A DNA stretch of 63,233 nucleotides, filler included, from Sphacelaria rigidula (Eukaryota), in NCBI GenBank assembly GCA_964200075.2. It is 4 parts of 4 records of this genome, joined end to end, with 100 filler letters (N's around TTAATTAATTAA, not from the genome) between each part and the next. Parts side by side here need not be neighbours in the genome. Positions count along the whole stretch, not along the records: positions 15,835 to 31,568 come from CAXNAA020001620.1; positions 31,669 to 47,402 come from CAXNAA020001621.1; 2 more parts are not named here. One strand, 5' to 3'. Below the pieces are notes generated by a model, which was not told the origin of the DNA, did not search any database, and saw only the letters and a program-made list of their open reading frames with translations. The position numbers and the translations under genes were made by a program. Every line of letters starts with the position of its first letter. The first letter of the stretch is position 1. Shown here in pieces: positions 25,491 to 39,200 of this stretch.

Positions 25491-28400
25491 CGCGGAATAT
25501 CTGTTCAACCGCCCGTTGCCAAGCATGTGCCGTGCGCCGTACTTACTCACTACACATACGCTCCCATCTACAGGCAGGTAGGTTGCCGTGCCACCAAGGG
25601 CAGTCTGGGCAGCGTGTGGCAATTCAGGCTTCACTTTACCGTTTCTTGTATGAAATGTGCTTCTGGTCCCTTTTGAGATGGGCGCGGCGTTTGCAGTGGT
25701 AGAGGCGTTTATTTCCATTGTCTCCTGCTAAAAAAAAAAGTCGTTTTTTATACTGGCGTCAGTGTGGAGGAGTTGAAAACTGTACAACAGCGGTGATCCC
25801 GCCGACGGTAGTATATGCATGTGCAGAGATCCCAGTACATAGCTGCTGCTCACCAAGCGCGCCCTCGTGGTATCGATCATCGGAAAAAGGGAGGGCCCGA
25901 CCCCCGGACGGCTTCAAATTACCAACACGGAGACAACTAGACTGTGGTCTTTCTCCAAAGCTTGGTGGAGACGTCTCCCGAAAGGCCCGTTCTCGCAACA
26001 AATGGCCTCGGGCACCTCAAAGGGCCAATTTCCCTGACCCTGCGATGAGCTGTACACTTACTTACATGCTTGATGGTATACGAGTACGACGGCAGACAAA
26101 CCCACAGCGTTTGTGTACATCGCCACAAATTCAGTATATACTGTTTGGATGAGGACGGGACAGCGTGCAGAGCGTTGGTCAAGACCGCGGTTCGGAGGTT
26201 TCCTTGGTTTTTCTTGCTGTACTTGTTGAAAGGTGTCTCCCGATAAAAAGGCAAGAGTAGTGACAGCATCTTCTCGAGACCGCTTTGGGCGCGAGGGGTG
26301 CCTTCCGGATATCACTCGCTACCCGCCGGAGCGGGGACGTAACCCCGACGCTGAAGTTGGACAGCCCTTTCATTTGTTTGCCAGCACAACCATAGCCGTG
26401 CCCTACCGGTGAAATGATCCGGCTGTCACCATTAGGGTGGAGAGAACGTGAGTTCGATACCCGATGCGTCGGTTTTCTTCTTAATATCTTATTTCCACCG
26501 TCGAAAACCGGAGCGCGGGAGTAAACAAAAAGTAGATGGCTGGGTTGTTTGCTTGGCAGAAGCTGACGCGATGCGGGAGTGCCGACACAATTCGCACGAC
26601 CAAAATGCAACGCGTACCGGGGGGAGATGGGTTCGCCTCTTGGGGTCACGGACTCGCCCCGGGGAATAAACAGGTTTAAGGTGCGACAAATAATAGTGTA
26701 TTCAGGAAGCGTTCATGACAGCATGCTGCTGTGTTTTTTGCACGGTCCCCCGTCCCTGACCCATGCCATCAGCGCCCATGGATTCAAGTTTTCAGCTCAT
26801 TGATGACAACAATGGCAACGTGTCATGTATACTTGGACGCTGCGCTGAGTGCGAAGCCGCCGGCGTGCACAGCACGAAAACAGAAACCGGTCGTCCAGCT
26901 ATGGTTTCGAACCCGAGGGGAATACAAAAACGGAAACGCCTGAGAGAGGGAATTAGAGAGAGGGCAAAAAAACGTGAAATTGAAAAATGAGGCACAGTAA
27001 AATGCAGAGCGATGCATGGGGCGGGCGGGAGACGAAAACCGGAAGGAGAACAATGAATACGCGGAGATAGGAGTAGTGCCGGTCCTCATGTAGGAAAAAA
27101 AAAAATAGCCGACCCCTGCTGGTCGGGCTTTAGGTAAGGAGGTCGAACAAAAACAACACAAGCGAGCGAGTAATTTCAAAATCATCACATATACATGGGA
27201 GGTCACCGAGTGACTCGTTAGGTGGACTGTGTCCCTGTGCGTGCATCTTCCATGATTTCCCTTTTCTCCAATGTTCCTCTGGGGGGTTCTTTCGTCATTC
27301 ATTTTTCCGTTCGATACCATCTAAAATAAAATGTAACCACGGATGGACTCCCCGAGGACCAATTCATGTGCGACGTCCACCCAATCGATCAGTTCACAGA
27401 TGCTTTAGCCACTTGGGCATCGCTGCGCTGTCACTCTTGCGCGTCGACGTCGAAATGATGACGAGATACTAGTAAGACTGACGAGAGGCAACCCCACGGG
27501 ACTACTGCTCGCCGGACAGCACGGCAACGAGGTGCTTACACCCCAAGTTCAGCGCACAGAAGCGATGGTTGACAGTACATCCTGATTGATTTTAATTGAC
27601 TTATATTGATTGATTGCTTGTCGCACCTTGACTGATCCCCCATGGATCCAGCCGTGGTCCCATGGTGGACGTACCCAAGACAGAACAAGACTGAAACGCT
27701 CGTTGAAGGAAAAAATAGTAGAATAAGACGTATGTTTCCGTCAAAACTTCGAAATGTCGTTCCTAATTCGAACACCCTAATCCAAGGGGGATTCAAGTGG
27801 TGTCTCTGGCACAGTGAGCATTGGCAGCAGAGCTTTAAACGGCGGCACAGGCACCGATTCGAGCAAAAACGCGTATTGGGCACACTGCGCATACGCTGGG
27901 CGACCGGTCGAGATTGTGAGTTTCATCAAAAATCCAAATATGATGGTCCACACTAAAAAACAAGGATATTTTGAACTCTGGCTTATATGCGCCGAACTGA
28001 GATAACTGGAGGATCAGATCGCACAGAGGCGGTATTTCCATTGTGCGGATTGAGAGCGAATCGCATCATGTGTTTCTTGGTTAGCGAAAACTTGGCATCC
28101 TTCATGGTATGGTTCGGTGGCGGTATTGCGTGGTAGGGTGAGCGCTCGAATTACGAACATGCTCATGGGCAGCACAACACACACACACACTTTCGGATAT
28201 TCCGGTCTCCATGTTCATTTTCGACAGGTGCGAACACTTGGGACTGCGACGTGGCACGTCGGAGAGCTGCTTTGTGTACGCCGTGGGACGGGGTTTCAGG
28301 ACTTCCCATGAAGAAGAAATGTAATGGGCCTTGCCGACTGCTCTGAACAACGATACCTCCGAGAATTTGCTCACAACAGGCAAGTCAGGCGTGAAATTTC

Positions 28401-31400
28401 TTCAGTCACCTTTCCCTTCATGTTCAGTGACCGACTGGAAGCTTTATCTCGGAAACACCGGACAGCTTTTCAGCGATCGAAACAGCAACTACGAGCTGGG
28501 CCAGCTGACAGTATTTTTTGTCGGTAAGCGGGTGGCGCGATACTTGATTTGAGGAGTTAGGGACCGAAATTGTGACACGGCATGTTCATCATCAACACGC
28601 GCAACATCTCCAGGGATGCCAAGAACACAAAAAATAGCAGGTCAAAGCGATTTGAGATTTCAGAATAAAAACTGGAAAATGTCATGACTCCGCGAAGAAA
28701 GAAAACGGCGGCAACCCCCATCATGAGTCCTGCAACTTGCGCACATAACAGCCATCAAAGTGCTACAGGAGACTCCAGTTACGAAGGTTACGAGTTCAGA
28801 TCCCTACAGATCCTCTTCACGGGCTGGGCCAGCGCAGACACGGATTTGAGCTCTCAAGGCAATATTTCATCGACACGGACGAGTTGGTCCATGATCAGCA
28901 TTTTGTATTGATCGTCTAACCAAGGGGAAGGTGCCCATCTGCTCAAAAGTTCGGCCTTTATTTCGTCGTTGATCAAACCCCATGTCTAGTAATTCCTATA
29001 CCTGAAGGAGATAGCGTCCATACTAAAATCTCGATGAAACCCCCGATCGATGCATTCAGCGGATGACAAAAAATTTGGTGTAGACATTCCCTGGAGTACG
29101 GAGAGACGATAGATACCCTCACCTACACCTAATCATCTCGAGATATGGCGCACATAAGTTTCAATCCTGAACTCAGCGTATTACGAGAAGAGGCACTGGA
29201 TGAACTAAATTTGGGTATCGCGTCCCAATTTTTTAGGGTTATGCCACTATATTTCGAATGGAGAACCGCCAGAGCATAAGAAAGCTTGAAAAAACAGCTG
29301 CATCGTTCTTCTTCGTTCTTTCCACTTTTGTCCGGTTTTGGGGGTTTTGAGGAGAAATGAACAGTGCTCTTGGCCTTCATCTCAATTTTTTACCTTAATT
29401 TTTAGAATTGTGATTTGAAACTCAGGATAAAGAACCACAGAGATATGCTGAACAAAACAAAATGGCCCTCAATTTGTTTTTGGAGAAGTTCGGGCGTTCT
29501 CGTGAAAACATTATCGTTTCTATATTAAACGCCCTGAACCAGAGAAAAAAATGAAAAAAAACGATCTGACCCATTTTGTTTCAATTATGCCCTAGCCACG
29601 GCCCACAAAAAGTTTCAACACACAAACACCAAACGTGGGCCTGAAATGCCTACAAAATAAAAACCCTTGTTTGCACTGGTATTTGTTTGCTTTCCCCTAT
29701 TTAATACCCATACCAAGTTTCAGGGTCCAACTCTAACTTTTGGCCGGTGAATGGGCCTGCAAACTACAAATTCGCTTCTCGGCTGACCCAGCTTGTGTAT
29801 CCTTAGCAGAATTTATTTGTATCGTTAAGGTCGTACATCATGCAGAACATTTTACCCAACTTTTCTTTCAATGGTAGAGTATCCATGACCAGGTTGGTCT
29901 GCAGTTCACAGCGGTATGCGAAAATCGGGCTGATCCGGGAAACTCAAGTTATTGTGTGCTGAGGGGTTCGACGTTCCACGACTGGCCTAGCTCGTACGCG
30001 GATTATTGAACACCGACAGGTTCAGCGCTGCCCTATCCTCCAAAGAACGAACCCAAAACACGTTGACATCAGGAGGTGAGCATCAGGATGAGGGGTGAGT
30101 GGATACCAGAGGGAAGCGACCTCTGACCCGAGTGCCTAGATTCAAAACCGAAGCCAGCAAGCCACCTACCGGGAGAAACTCGATGCACTCGACGTGACTC
30201 GTGCTGCTACACATGAATGTCGGTGTCAAGAAAGAGGGAGCCAAGGACATCAGTAGCTGCGATACTGTCATGGCTCCCGCGTGTACGAAATGAGACATGC
30301 CAAGTCACCATATCCGTGCGCACATGGGTCAAGCTGAGCGTCCACGGGTCCAGAAAGGATCGATAACACACGATGAATATTCATTAGTCGCATTTCTTCG
30401 CGGCGCCTCGACTGCACAGGACATTCGAACCAAGGAACCAAGAAGCAAGAAAAGCAAGGAACAACAACGCCAACAAAAATATTTCACATATGCCCACCGA
30501 ACTATTTCCGAAAAAACTGTGTCTGCAAAAACAGTAGCACCGAAAATACCAACATCAAGAATCCACTCGTCACCTGGTTCCGCGTCAGTCGCGATCAATT
30601 CCTCGACTTGCGGGGCACGTACGTCTTCCTCTTTCACCATCGAAGCGTCGACAGCTGTATCTGATGTATTTTTCACCACCACCTCACCATCATCTCCACC
30701 CGTCGGTATTGCGACTGCTGCGGCCGCGACGGAGCTCTCGACGGCCGCCGCTGCGTCGGCGATTTCCGCGTCGGCAGGCGCATCGACCGCAACGAAGCCA
30801 TCGTCCACCACGCCGCCGTCGTCAACAACGGCGTCAGAATCAACGGATACGAAAACATCCTCGAGTGGAACATCGGGAGGAACGGGAACGGTTGCGGTAA
30901 AGGTCTCCTGATCCTCCGCGGCGGGGGACGAGGGCGTCGCTGCAGCATTCGTCGTCCATGGCGCCTCGGGTACCGAAGACGATTCGGCGGTCACGGACGT
31001 AGATGCGGTGGCGATCGTCTCTAGAGCAGTGCTCGCGTCTGGGGCCTCGGCATCGCAGAAGCTCTTCGTCTCTTCCTGGCCCGCGTCGGTTGTGTGGGAC
31101 TCGGCGTGCTCCTTCTTGCACTTATTCTTCTTGCCTGGGGCAGAAGTTCCAGTTTTTGAGGAGCGGGGAGCGAGAGGTTGGGGGGACCAAGAGTTCATTT
31201 GAGCACAGCAACAAGAACTGACGACGTGGACAACAGAAGGGATATTGAAGAAAGGTGGCGACAGTGATGAGGCGACGGAGACGGGTCAACAGGCTAGAGG
31301 AAGCGTTTCACTCCTGTGAAACGTACGGAAGCGAGATTTGGGTCAACGCGAATAGCATCGACTTTACGTAGTTTCGAGGAACAAATCTGCTTCGAGGTTT

Positions 31401-31491
31401 CGATGGTGTGCGGCTACCCAGTTTCAGCTGCTGTCGTGCCTGCCACCTCGCTTAGGTCTCGAAATTTCTCCCCGCGTGATATCCTACCCAT
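15835..31491 (-). CDS. Giant acidic Ala/Glu/Val/Asp/Thr-rich tandem-repeat protein (>2,400 aa), 3' end truncated by the linker
   Basis: Proposed exons: 31491-31488 (ATG G|gtagga, tentative), 31134-30574, 25080-24721, 23195-23001 and 21951-<15835. All introns are phase 1, and all the longer exons share the acidic, Ala-rich composition. The last exon is 6.1 kb and stop-free, with a 699-nt repeat. An alternative in-frame ATG lies at 31198. Confidence 0.8.
25417..25490 (+). repeat. Poly-G tract (~40-nt pure run within ~70 nt)
   Basis: Directly visible in the sequence. Confidence 0.9.
26400..26690 (+). mobile_element. Interspersed repeat family 2 (SINE-like)
   Basis: Collinear with 56880-57170; contains a B-box-like gagttcgatacc. 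Confidence 0.65.
27606..27720 (-). mobile_element. (CAAT)n-tailed retroposon fragment
   Basis: Reverse complement of the 9000-9090 / 56565-56670 sequence. Confidence 0.65.
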
Positions 31492-31568
31492 GGGCTTGCA
31501 ACCGACCACGGTGAGGGCATATCATCACGCCTCAAAATTACCAAATTCACGATTTCTTCGGCCTGATT

Positions 31569-31668
31569 NNNNNNNNNNNNNNNNNNNNNNNNNNNNNNNN
31601 NNNNNNNNNNNNTTAATTAATTAANNNNNNNNNNNNNNNNNNNNNNNNNNNNNNNNNNNNNNNNNNNN
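31569..31668. other. Artificial linker/gap
   Basis: 44 N + TTAATTAATTAA + 44 N. Confidence 0.98.
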
Positions 31669-31729
31669 TGTGGGAAAAACCTCAGTTGTAAATCCTCAGT
31701 TTTCCATCAACGGTTCCAAAAGGGTCAAG

Positions 31730-32524
31730 AATAAATCCGCGCAGCGGATTATTACGGTGGGCTTCGTCAATCCGCACCGCTCCGTGGCATTTGTAGGGGA
31801 TGAATGTCCGCTCCGTCACAATCCATGATTTTTCCCACTGGCGGATATCCGCTCCGCGATAGTCCGTGAATTTCCCTATGAACAGATATCCGCTCCGCTC
31901 CGTGACAATTAAAAAAACGCTCCACTCCGTATAGATTACAGCTGCGCGGTGGGAACCATGAAACGCGGTTTTCTACGGTGCGGTTTTATCCACACCGCAG
32001 GTAATCTGTGCGTTCTCCGTGGCATAACTTACGGATCGAACCGCCGAAAAGCCACGGATTTGCACGGACGAATTCGTTTCGAATGCCGCGAATAACTTAG
32101 AACTCAAAGTATAAACATATCGTTCAGGATAAGCAATTCGCCGATACGGTTTGAAAGTCTCCACTCCGTGCTTTATCCGTGTGTTCTCCGTGGCAGATCT
32201 CACATGCGCTGAAAAGCCACGAAATTCCACGGACGAAATTGTCCTAAATGCCGGATAACTTAGAAGTCGAAGTAGAAAAAATATCGTTTTGTATAAGCAA
32301 TTCGCCGATATGGTTCTGAAATTGTGCTCCGTACCTCATCCATGCGTTCTCCGTAGCGTCACTCAAATCAAACCGCTGAAAAGCCACGAAATTACTCGGA
32401 CAAAATTATTCCGAATGCCGAGTAAGTTGGAATTTGAAGTATATAAAATATTGTTCTGAATAAGCACTTCGCTGATACGGTTCTGAAATTCTGCTGTGAA
32501 TATGCAAACCGCTCCTTGGACCGG

Positions 32525-32555
<31 letters not shown>

Positions 32556-33228
32556 CGTGCGCCTCAAGCTGGAAAGCGTAATTCGAACTTGGCGGCGGTG
32601 CGCGGACCTCGGATGGTTGATACCGTGGGTTCCAAAGCCGAACATGGTGCCGAGCACTCTCCTACTTCAGAGGCCATGTAATATTCAATGTCCTCAACTG
32701 ATTTTTTTTTTGTCCTCCAGGGATTCGATGTTACATGTGCGCTATTTAATCCACCGTCCCCCCTGTCCAGCAGCTGGAAGTCCCAGCAAAACAACTCCCT
32801 CCGTACTTTTTGGTATTTATCCGCGGATGTCCAAACAATTTTCGCGGATAACCGTATCGTTTTCACGAATTACTGCGACGGTGCACCGTGAGGAATTGCC
32901 GCGGTTTGTGCGGTTTGTTCCACGGAGGGGGGCAAACCGCTCCGGGAAAAATCCGTGCATTTGTAGCGGGCGGATATCCGCTCCGTGACAATTCGTAATT
33001 TTTCCCACTGACGGATATCCGCTGCGTACCATATTCGAAAAATCCGCCCCCGCACTGTGACATTTTCGTTGGCGAATATCCGCTCCGCAATAATCTGTGA
33101 CGTTTTCATTGGCGGATATCCGCTCCCGTCATGATCCGTGATTTTTCACACAGTCGAATATCCGCTCCGCTCCGTGAGGTTTCGGGGGGGAAAATCGCAT
33201 CGCGGAGCGGATTCCGTGTACATCCCTG
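31730..33228. mobile_element. hAT-like non-autonomous sequence(s) with ATCCGCTCCG subterminal repeats and a ~170-bp tandem triplet
   Basis: Many ggatatccgctccgtga motifs at 31740-31930 and 32970-33180. The right end ..tacatccctg reads CAGGGATG on the minus strand, an Ac-like TIR. ~170-bp repeats at ~32010, ~32180 and ~32343. The left end was not found. Confidence 0.55.
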
Positions 33229-33289
33229 AAAAATGCTTCGCACGCACGAAATCCTGGCTTATGAACACCCCATCGTGTACCATACGCAG

Positions 33290-36200
33290 GTTCTCCGTCT
33301 TCTGCGTGACTGCCGCATGGAGGAGATCCGGAAACAGGTGGTGGTGACACTCATGCAGCCCTTGTACGGCGGATGGGGTAATACTGATGCTCTCGAGGAC
33401 CTGTGGACCTTCATCGCCAGTGCTGTTAAGTCCCATTTCATGAGCGGGTTCGGTGATCTTGGATTGGCAGCCAAGTGACATCGAGAACCTCCACGTCGAA
33501 AATGTTTATAGTATGGTGGTATATGTCGGTAACGACCCCTCATATCCATGCACGGAGTTTGGCGGTCGCATTCCCGGGTTACAGCTTTGCTAGTATGGAG
33601 ATGTCATGGCTCCGAGGAGCTGTTGGCACTGCGACAGAGGTTCCTTTACGAATCGAATCCTAGGCTCACATAAAATGATCACCTGATGCCAGCCATAACA
33701 GCCATGTTAGGCTGGCCTTTTGAGCCAAATTAATGTCGGTAACATCGTGAACTTTCCGATACTCGATATCCGTCCGGCTTCCATTGCAGAGTGGAGAGAA
33801 CATTGAGCTCCACGTGGGGATTCTGTGCCTTCTATTCGAGGATCTCATCGGCGTTCTGGCTCTTCCAACCCGAAGCTCGCACGCGTTTTGGGATCTTATT
33901 TACCGTGAGTGCAGCTCTGTCAAGATTTTGTGAGCAATGTACTTCATACAGACGAGCAGACGAGCGTAATCGTTTCCGCGCTTATCCTGTCTCTCCAAAA
34001 AATCCTGCGTGACAGGATCGATTTCGAACTCTTCGGACCTTTGTCGGCGGAGAGGGGTTCATGTGTTGCGCCAAGTTCTCGCTTGGGCTGACGGATCAGA
34101 TGGCAAGGAACACGCTGGCGGTGCCCAAGGCGACACAGTCAAAGACGAGAGGAATTTTTCGGGGTAGGGCTCTCATTGTTCATGCGCCACCCGCGTTTGT
34201 CGTTCCTTTGTATTGGTATATTGCACTCATGTTCCACTTGAAGCTGCCTCGTAAAACAATGTAAACAGAACCTTGATGCTACATGCTCGTTCGACGACTC
34301 CGCCTACGACTCTGTGGATGTTGCTTTATGTTAGGGACTGCCTTCTTCAATGGACGGACTACGTCAGGGTCTTGGCACTGTTGGAAGTGGAGACTGAGAC
34401 ACACCTCCTGGATCAGGTGCTCCTATGTGTGGTAACACATGTTGCCTTTCGTAAGAGTGATCTAAGAGTCGAGTAAAGAATTTTGTGAGCAGTGTAAATG
34501 TATGGTATATTGCCCCATAAGTCAATGACGATGCCCTCCCTCACGCTGTGTCGTCTTTGTAGGTGATACCCACGGTGACTCGCCTGTGCAGTATGATGCG
34601 CCCCACAACTTTTACCGGGCAGGCACCTCCTTCTCCGACAGAGTTTCGGTGGCTCGGGATCCTTTTGAATGCGATGCTCCGGGGTGGGACTGTCCCTCGT
34701 AGGCGCCATCTTATGCATCTCATAGTGACCCGAGAGTTGGGTCTCGGCAGCCGCGCGGATGACGACGACCAGGCTCTAGGCTTGGTGCATGAAGCATGGA
34801 TGGTCCAGGTTTTTTTACCGGCTCTGGATCACGTCGGGTGGGACAACGCCAAGGGGGACACGAATGGCTTCACCCAGTCTGTAATCGCCTTCATCAAATG
34901 CTATGTGGAATCGTTGTCTCTCGCACGTTTCGCGAAACTTTTGACTCTATTGTTCGAGACGATCAGAGAGAGGAAGATTGCATCTACTGGTGTGCTGTCT
35001 GCTGTGCTAGCGGCTTTTTCCCTCGATAAACGGCAAATCCCGGCGATGGGGGTTGATCTCCTCCTTCGGCTGAAGGATGCACTTCGTGCAGCGCTACCTC
35101 CCCTGGACCAGGCAAGCGACTTTTTAATGTCATTGTATTCGTGTTGGTCGTGCATTGTACATGAGGTCCAGGAGTTGGATTTTAACTATTTTTATTTTAT
35201 ATTCATCTTTGTCTCCAGGTTCAACGTGTCCTGTTGCTGGACGGCATGGTGCATATCTTAGGAGCCTTCACTGACTACGAGCGTGTCACGACGTCTTTGC
35301 CGTTGCCAAGCGGTGCACTGGCTACTACCGCGCCCAGGGACAGCAGTTTGCCACGTGATCGCGTCACCCTGGTATTGGCAGTGCTTTCTGCCATTCCGGA
35401 GAATCTCGCTAAGGATAGATACCTCTCGAAGCTCGCCGGTTGGGTCGCCGGTGTATTTTCTCGCGATGACCAACTGCAAGTGGTGGATGAGCATACCTTG
35501 TGGTATGGTATATTCAAAGGTTCACTGGAACGCCACCTTCGATCAGGAGTCCAAGTGGGCGCAAAAATGCTGGGCCCGCATACGGAAAGTAACGTCAGCT
35601 CGAATACAGGTGGCTGGAATGGGCGGATGCTGTGCACATTTGGACTTATTGTGTCGGAAAGCTTTGCCCTTAGCAACGACCGTGAAGAGGTATGTATGGT
35701 TCACGGCATTTGCTCTACCTTGGACAGTTATGCTATTTTACCTTACTGTCTCGGACCCACAAGCATTAACTCGCGTATTCCTCATGGTTTCAACAGGTTC
35801 TCGCAAGTGGACTGACTCCGGTTGCCAGCATCCTTCGGAAATGCTGGCACGAGCCTTACCTTGCTGCAGACACAGTGCAAGCAGCATTGGCATTTTTTAG
35901 CGGCTGGATCGCCGTTAGCGGGGACACAGCATGGAGAGTTATGCCTCTGAGCCCGTGTATGGACGAGGTCGTAACGCTGGTGACGGCCCGGTTGTGTGCT
36001 GCTATGGCATGTGAAAACAACGCCAAAAATCCTGACGCGAGTGAGGACGCATCGATTTCGGGTGGTTCGGCGCAGGTGCTGCTCGGCGCGCTTTCGGCAG
36101 CAAGCAGCTTTGTCACTGCTGTTCCGTTCGGTGCTCTTCCTGGAGTAATGAGGCTCCGTGATCGATGCTGCTCTCTTCTCAGAGAGATTCGGTTACCGCC

Positions 36201-39200
36201 TATTTCTCATCTCCTGGCGATCGCCTCTTTGGATATAATTCTCCGAGCTCAGCACAACCACTCATCGATTGAAAATGCGGGGATGGCAGAGGGAAAACAG
36301 TTTACCAAGGACTCCTCACAAAACATCTTGGAAGGCTTGTCGGCATCCACCGTTGAAGAGGTGGTGCTTTCTCTTCTCCTGAACAAACTCGAGGGTCGAG
36401 TTAGTAATTGCCATGGCCAACATGGTAAGCTACAGAGCCTTGTCCATGTGTTCCCAGAATTGGTACGAGTAGCGCAAAAGACGAACCATCATTGGTCTCT
36501 TCGCTGAGGTCATGCCCCAACTGAGCGACCTACATGAGTTTACACTGCAATGTCTGTTGGTGTACTCCGTGTGTAATGAGAACGCCACAAGGGTCGGGGC
36601 AGCGATTGCACCATAGGCTGGGCCGCTGCATCAAACAATAGCTCATCATTTTCGACTGTGAATTTTGACGGCGAGATTCATCGAAGATTCCGTTGACAGC
36701 GCTCCATGTATAGTGAAGAGGAGAGAATGCATCCAGTTTGCGTCCGAGGCTTCAAAATCATCAATATTTGCCAAGTAACCTGCCAGAAGTATGGCCTATC
36801 AACAACACCCGGTTTTGTTCATCATCTGACTCATCAGGTACACCGAGTACACGCACGTGAACGTTTTTCTCACCTATGTTTCAGCTGCCACCCTTCGTAG
36901 GTGATGCACGTGGAGATTAACCCTTTTGGAACCCATTGACGACTTTTGTTTTTGTGAATCGGCATCATTTTCAGTCATTTTCAAGTCAAAATTATGCCGA
37001 TTCACGAAAACAAAAATCGTCAGTGGGTTCCAAAAGGATTAAACACACATTCACCACGTCACATTATTCAAACAAGCGGGTTCAGCATGATTAGTAGAGT
37101 GGGGAATCCTTAGCTACACGAACGTGGCGTTCATTTTGGGGTAACATTCACAGTACAGCTGCTTATGCAGATAGCAACTTGAAACTGAGCCTTGACCCAC
37201 GGTACGATTATCGGCAGGCTCCGCAGATTGGGCACAAGTTTTGAAGGAGCATGAAATGCGGAAATGGAGCTGCCTCAACAGGATGCTACCCATCGCCCTC
37301 GAAAATAGAGCCGCCTTAACCGGGGAAGGTAAGCGAAGGAGGACGCAAGGCTGTCTGCAACTACCCGTCGCAACATTACATTACGCTCTTCATGTGAATA
37401 CAGTGATAAGCCCTGACGTATACCGTACATAAATATCGAGGTGGCAATCAATCTCTTGGTGTGTTGCTCAAGGATCACGCACGTGTTTCAACGAACTTGA
37501 AATACTATCCGTCCTCGTCCCTCCCATGATCTTACAGTGTGCCATGAAGTCATGGATGGACTCCGAGTTGCCCTGAGGGACGAACTTCCCATGACAATGG
37601 CATGCTTCAGGACGATTTTTCCGCGTTATTTGCTCTTTGTTGGGAAGGAGGACCGCAAGTCGGAGTTTATGCGAATATTCAAGGTAAGCATATTATTTTC
37701 GCGTGCTGCTATCTAATAACAAAAGATTTCGCGCGAAACACTTCGAGTACACGCAGCTGTACCCAGTTGATTATGCTTGAACCAGGATTATGCTGAAGCA
37801 ACGCCCTTATTCCGCTATGGACCCGCTTCAATCGTGCAGATGTGACGTTGAACGTGCACTATATGGTCGTAAGTGTGCTGTGCCACGACTTGTGCACCCA
37901 CGTGCCATCTCCAAGTGCAGAGATGCGACCAGCAAATCTCCACAGTCGCTTTTTTTATGTTGTTTCACGTGTGCGTCTGTGTGTCAATATCAGGCTGTCT
38001 GGGGTGTTTTCAGAGAGGTTCGACGACCGCAGGCACCACTCGTTCGAGATCTTGTCAGTGGGGTGCTGCATCCCGTTCTGCTGTCAATGCCGGAGCTGAA
38101 TGGCGAGATCGCTTCACCGAAACAGGTGTGCACCGAAAGCGTGCTCGCGTATGCTATCGGCTAAAGGGATTCATGGAGACATGAGAGAAAAGGAGGTTGA
38201 CCATTTATTGATGGACTATTTGGCCCACTTGTGTCCGTATACAGGTACACCCCCCCCCCCTGGTGGATGCATGCAACATAATCCGTGAATTCGGGGAGGC
38301 GAACAAGCCCGGCATCATCCGGCAGCTGATCGGAAGATTGACAGCAATGTGGCGGCAGGTACCAGGTGTGGCAAGATTTGAAGCTGACTAGAAATTGCAA
38401 GCGAGTGTTCCCGATAAAGTGTTGTATTTCACTTTTTTCTTAATGCATACTCATGCCGTCAAGTGCGACCGTGCAGGGAGTGCGCTTCAGTTCATCCCGG
38501 GGATTGCGGAGCTCGCTTTGTTCAAGGAGTGGAGACGGGGTAGTACGACAATTTTCAGCACCAAACCATCAAGGTGGGATCATGCTCAGGCTTTTTCGTT
38601 GGAAAACCCTGTTTCACGTTGCTCGCTATGTGTTCTGATGGGCATTTCCACATGATACCGTGTTACTCAACCCCATGTTCAAAGCTTTTGGGACCCAAAA
38701 CGTCATTACCGAGGGCGGGGGTGTTAAGTTGGGGGAGGGGGGGGGTGTACTCATGATCTTGTATGTCGTAGTCATATGACCGTCGACCTCGAAGGGGAGG
38801 GGAAGCGATTACACTACGAACGGGTGATACACACCGTATTTTTCGATAGATTTTTCATCTATATTGACAGCGTTATCTTCGTCCGACTCGCGGTACTGCA
38901 GACCAATGGAACCTCCGTTGGTTAAACTATGACGAGGAGAGAAGCGTGTCTCAGTGGCAGAGGTCCGCTGTGATGCTGGGGGTTGACGTTTGTTGTTGGC
39001 GATCGGTGAAGATATTTTGCGTGTTCTTTAAATACTTCAATCCCATTCCACGTTATTGCGGATTGAGGGTCGTCCATTCTCCCACCGCGATCAGAATATA
39101 ATTTCATCCAACTGGATATCGCAATATTATCTTGTGGCAACAGGTACACATGACGTGACAGCCGAGTGCATGTCCGACAAGATTGTTGAGCACAGCTAGC

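Noticed and set aside
31200-33300. Head-to-head promoter shared by the giant gene and Trm3
   Set aside because: It spans an artificial linker, so the adjacency is unverified.
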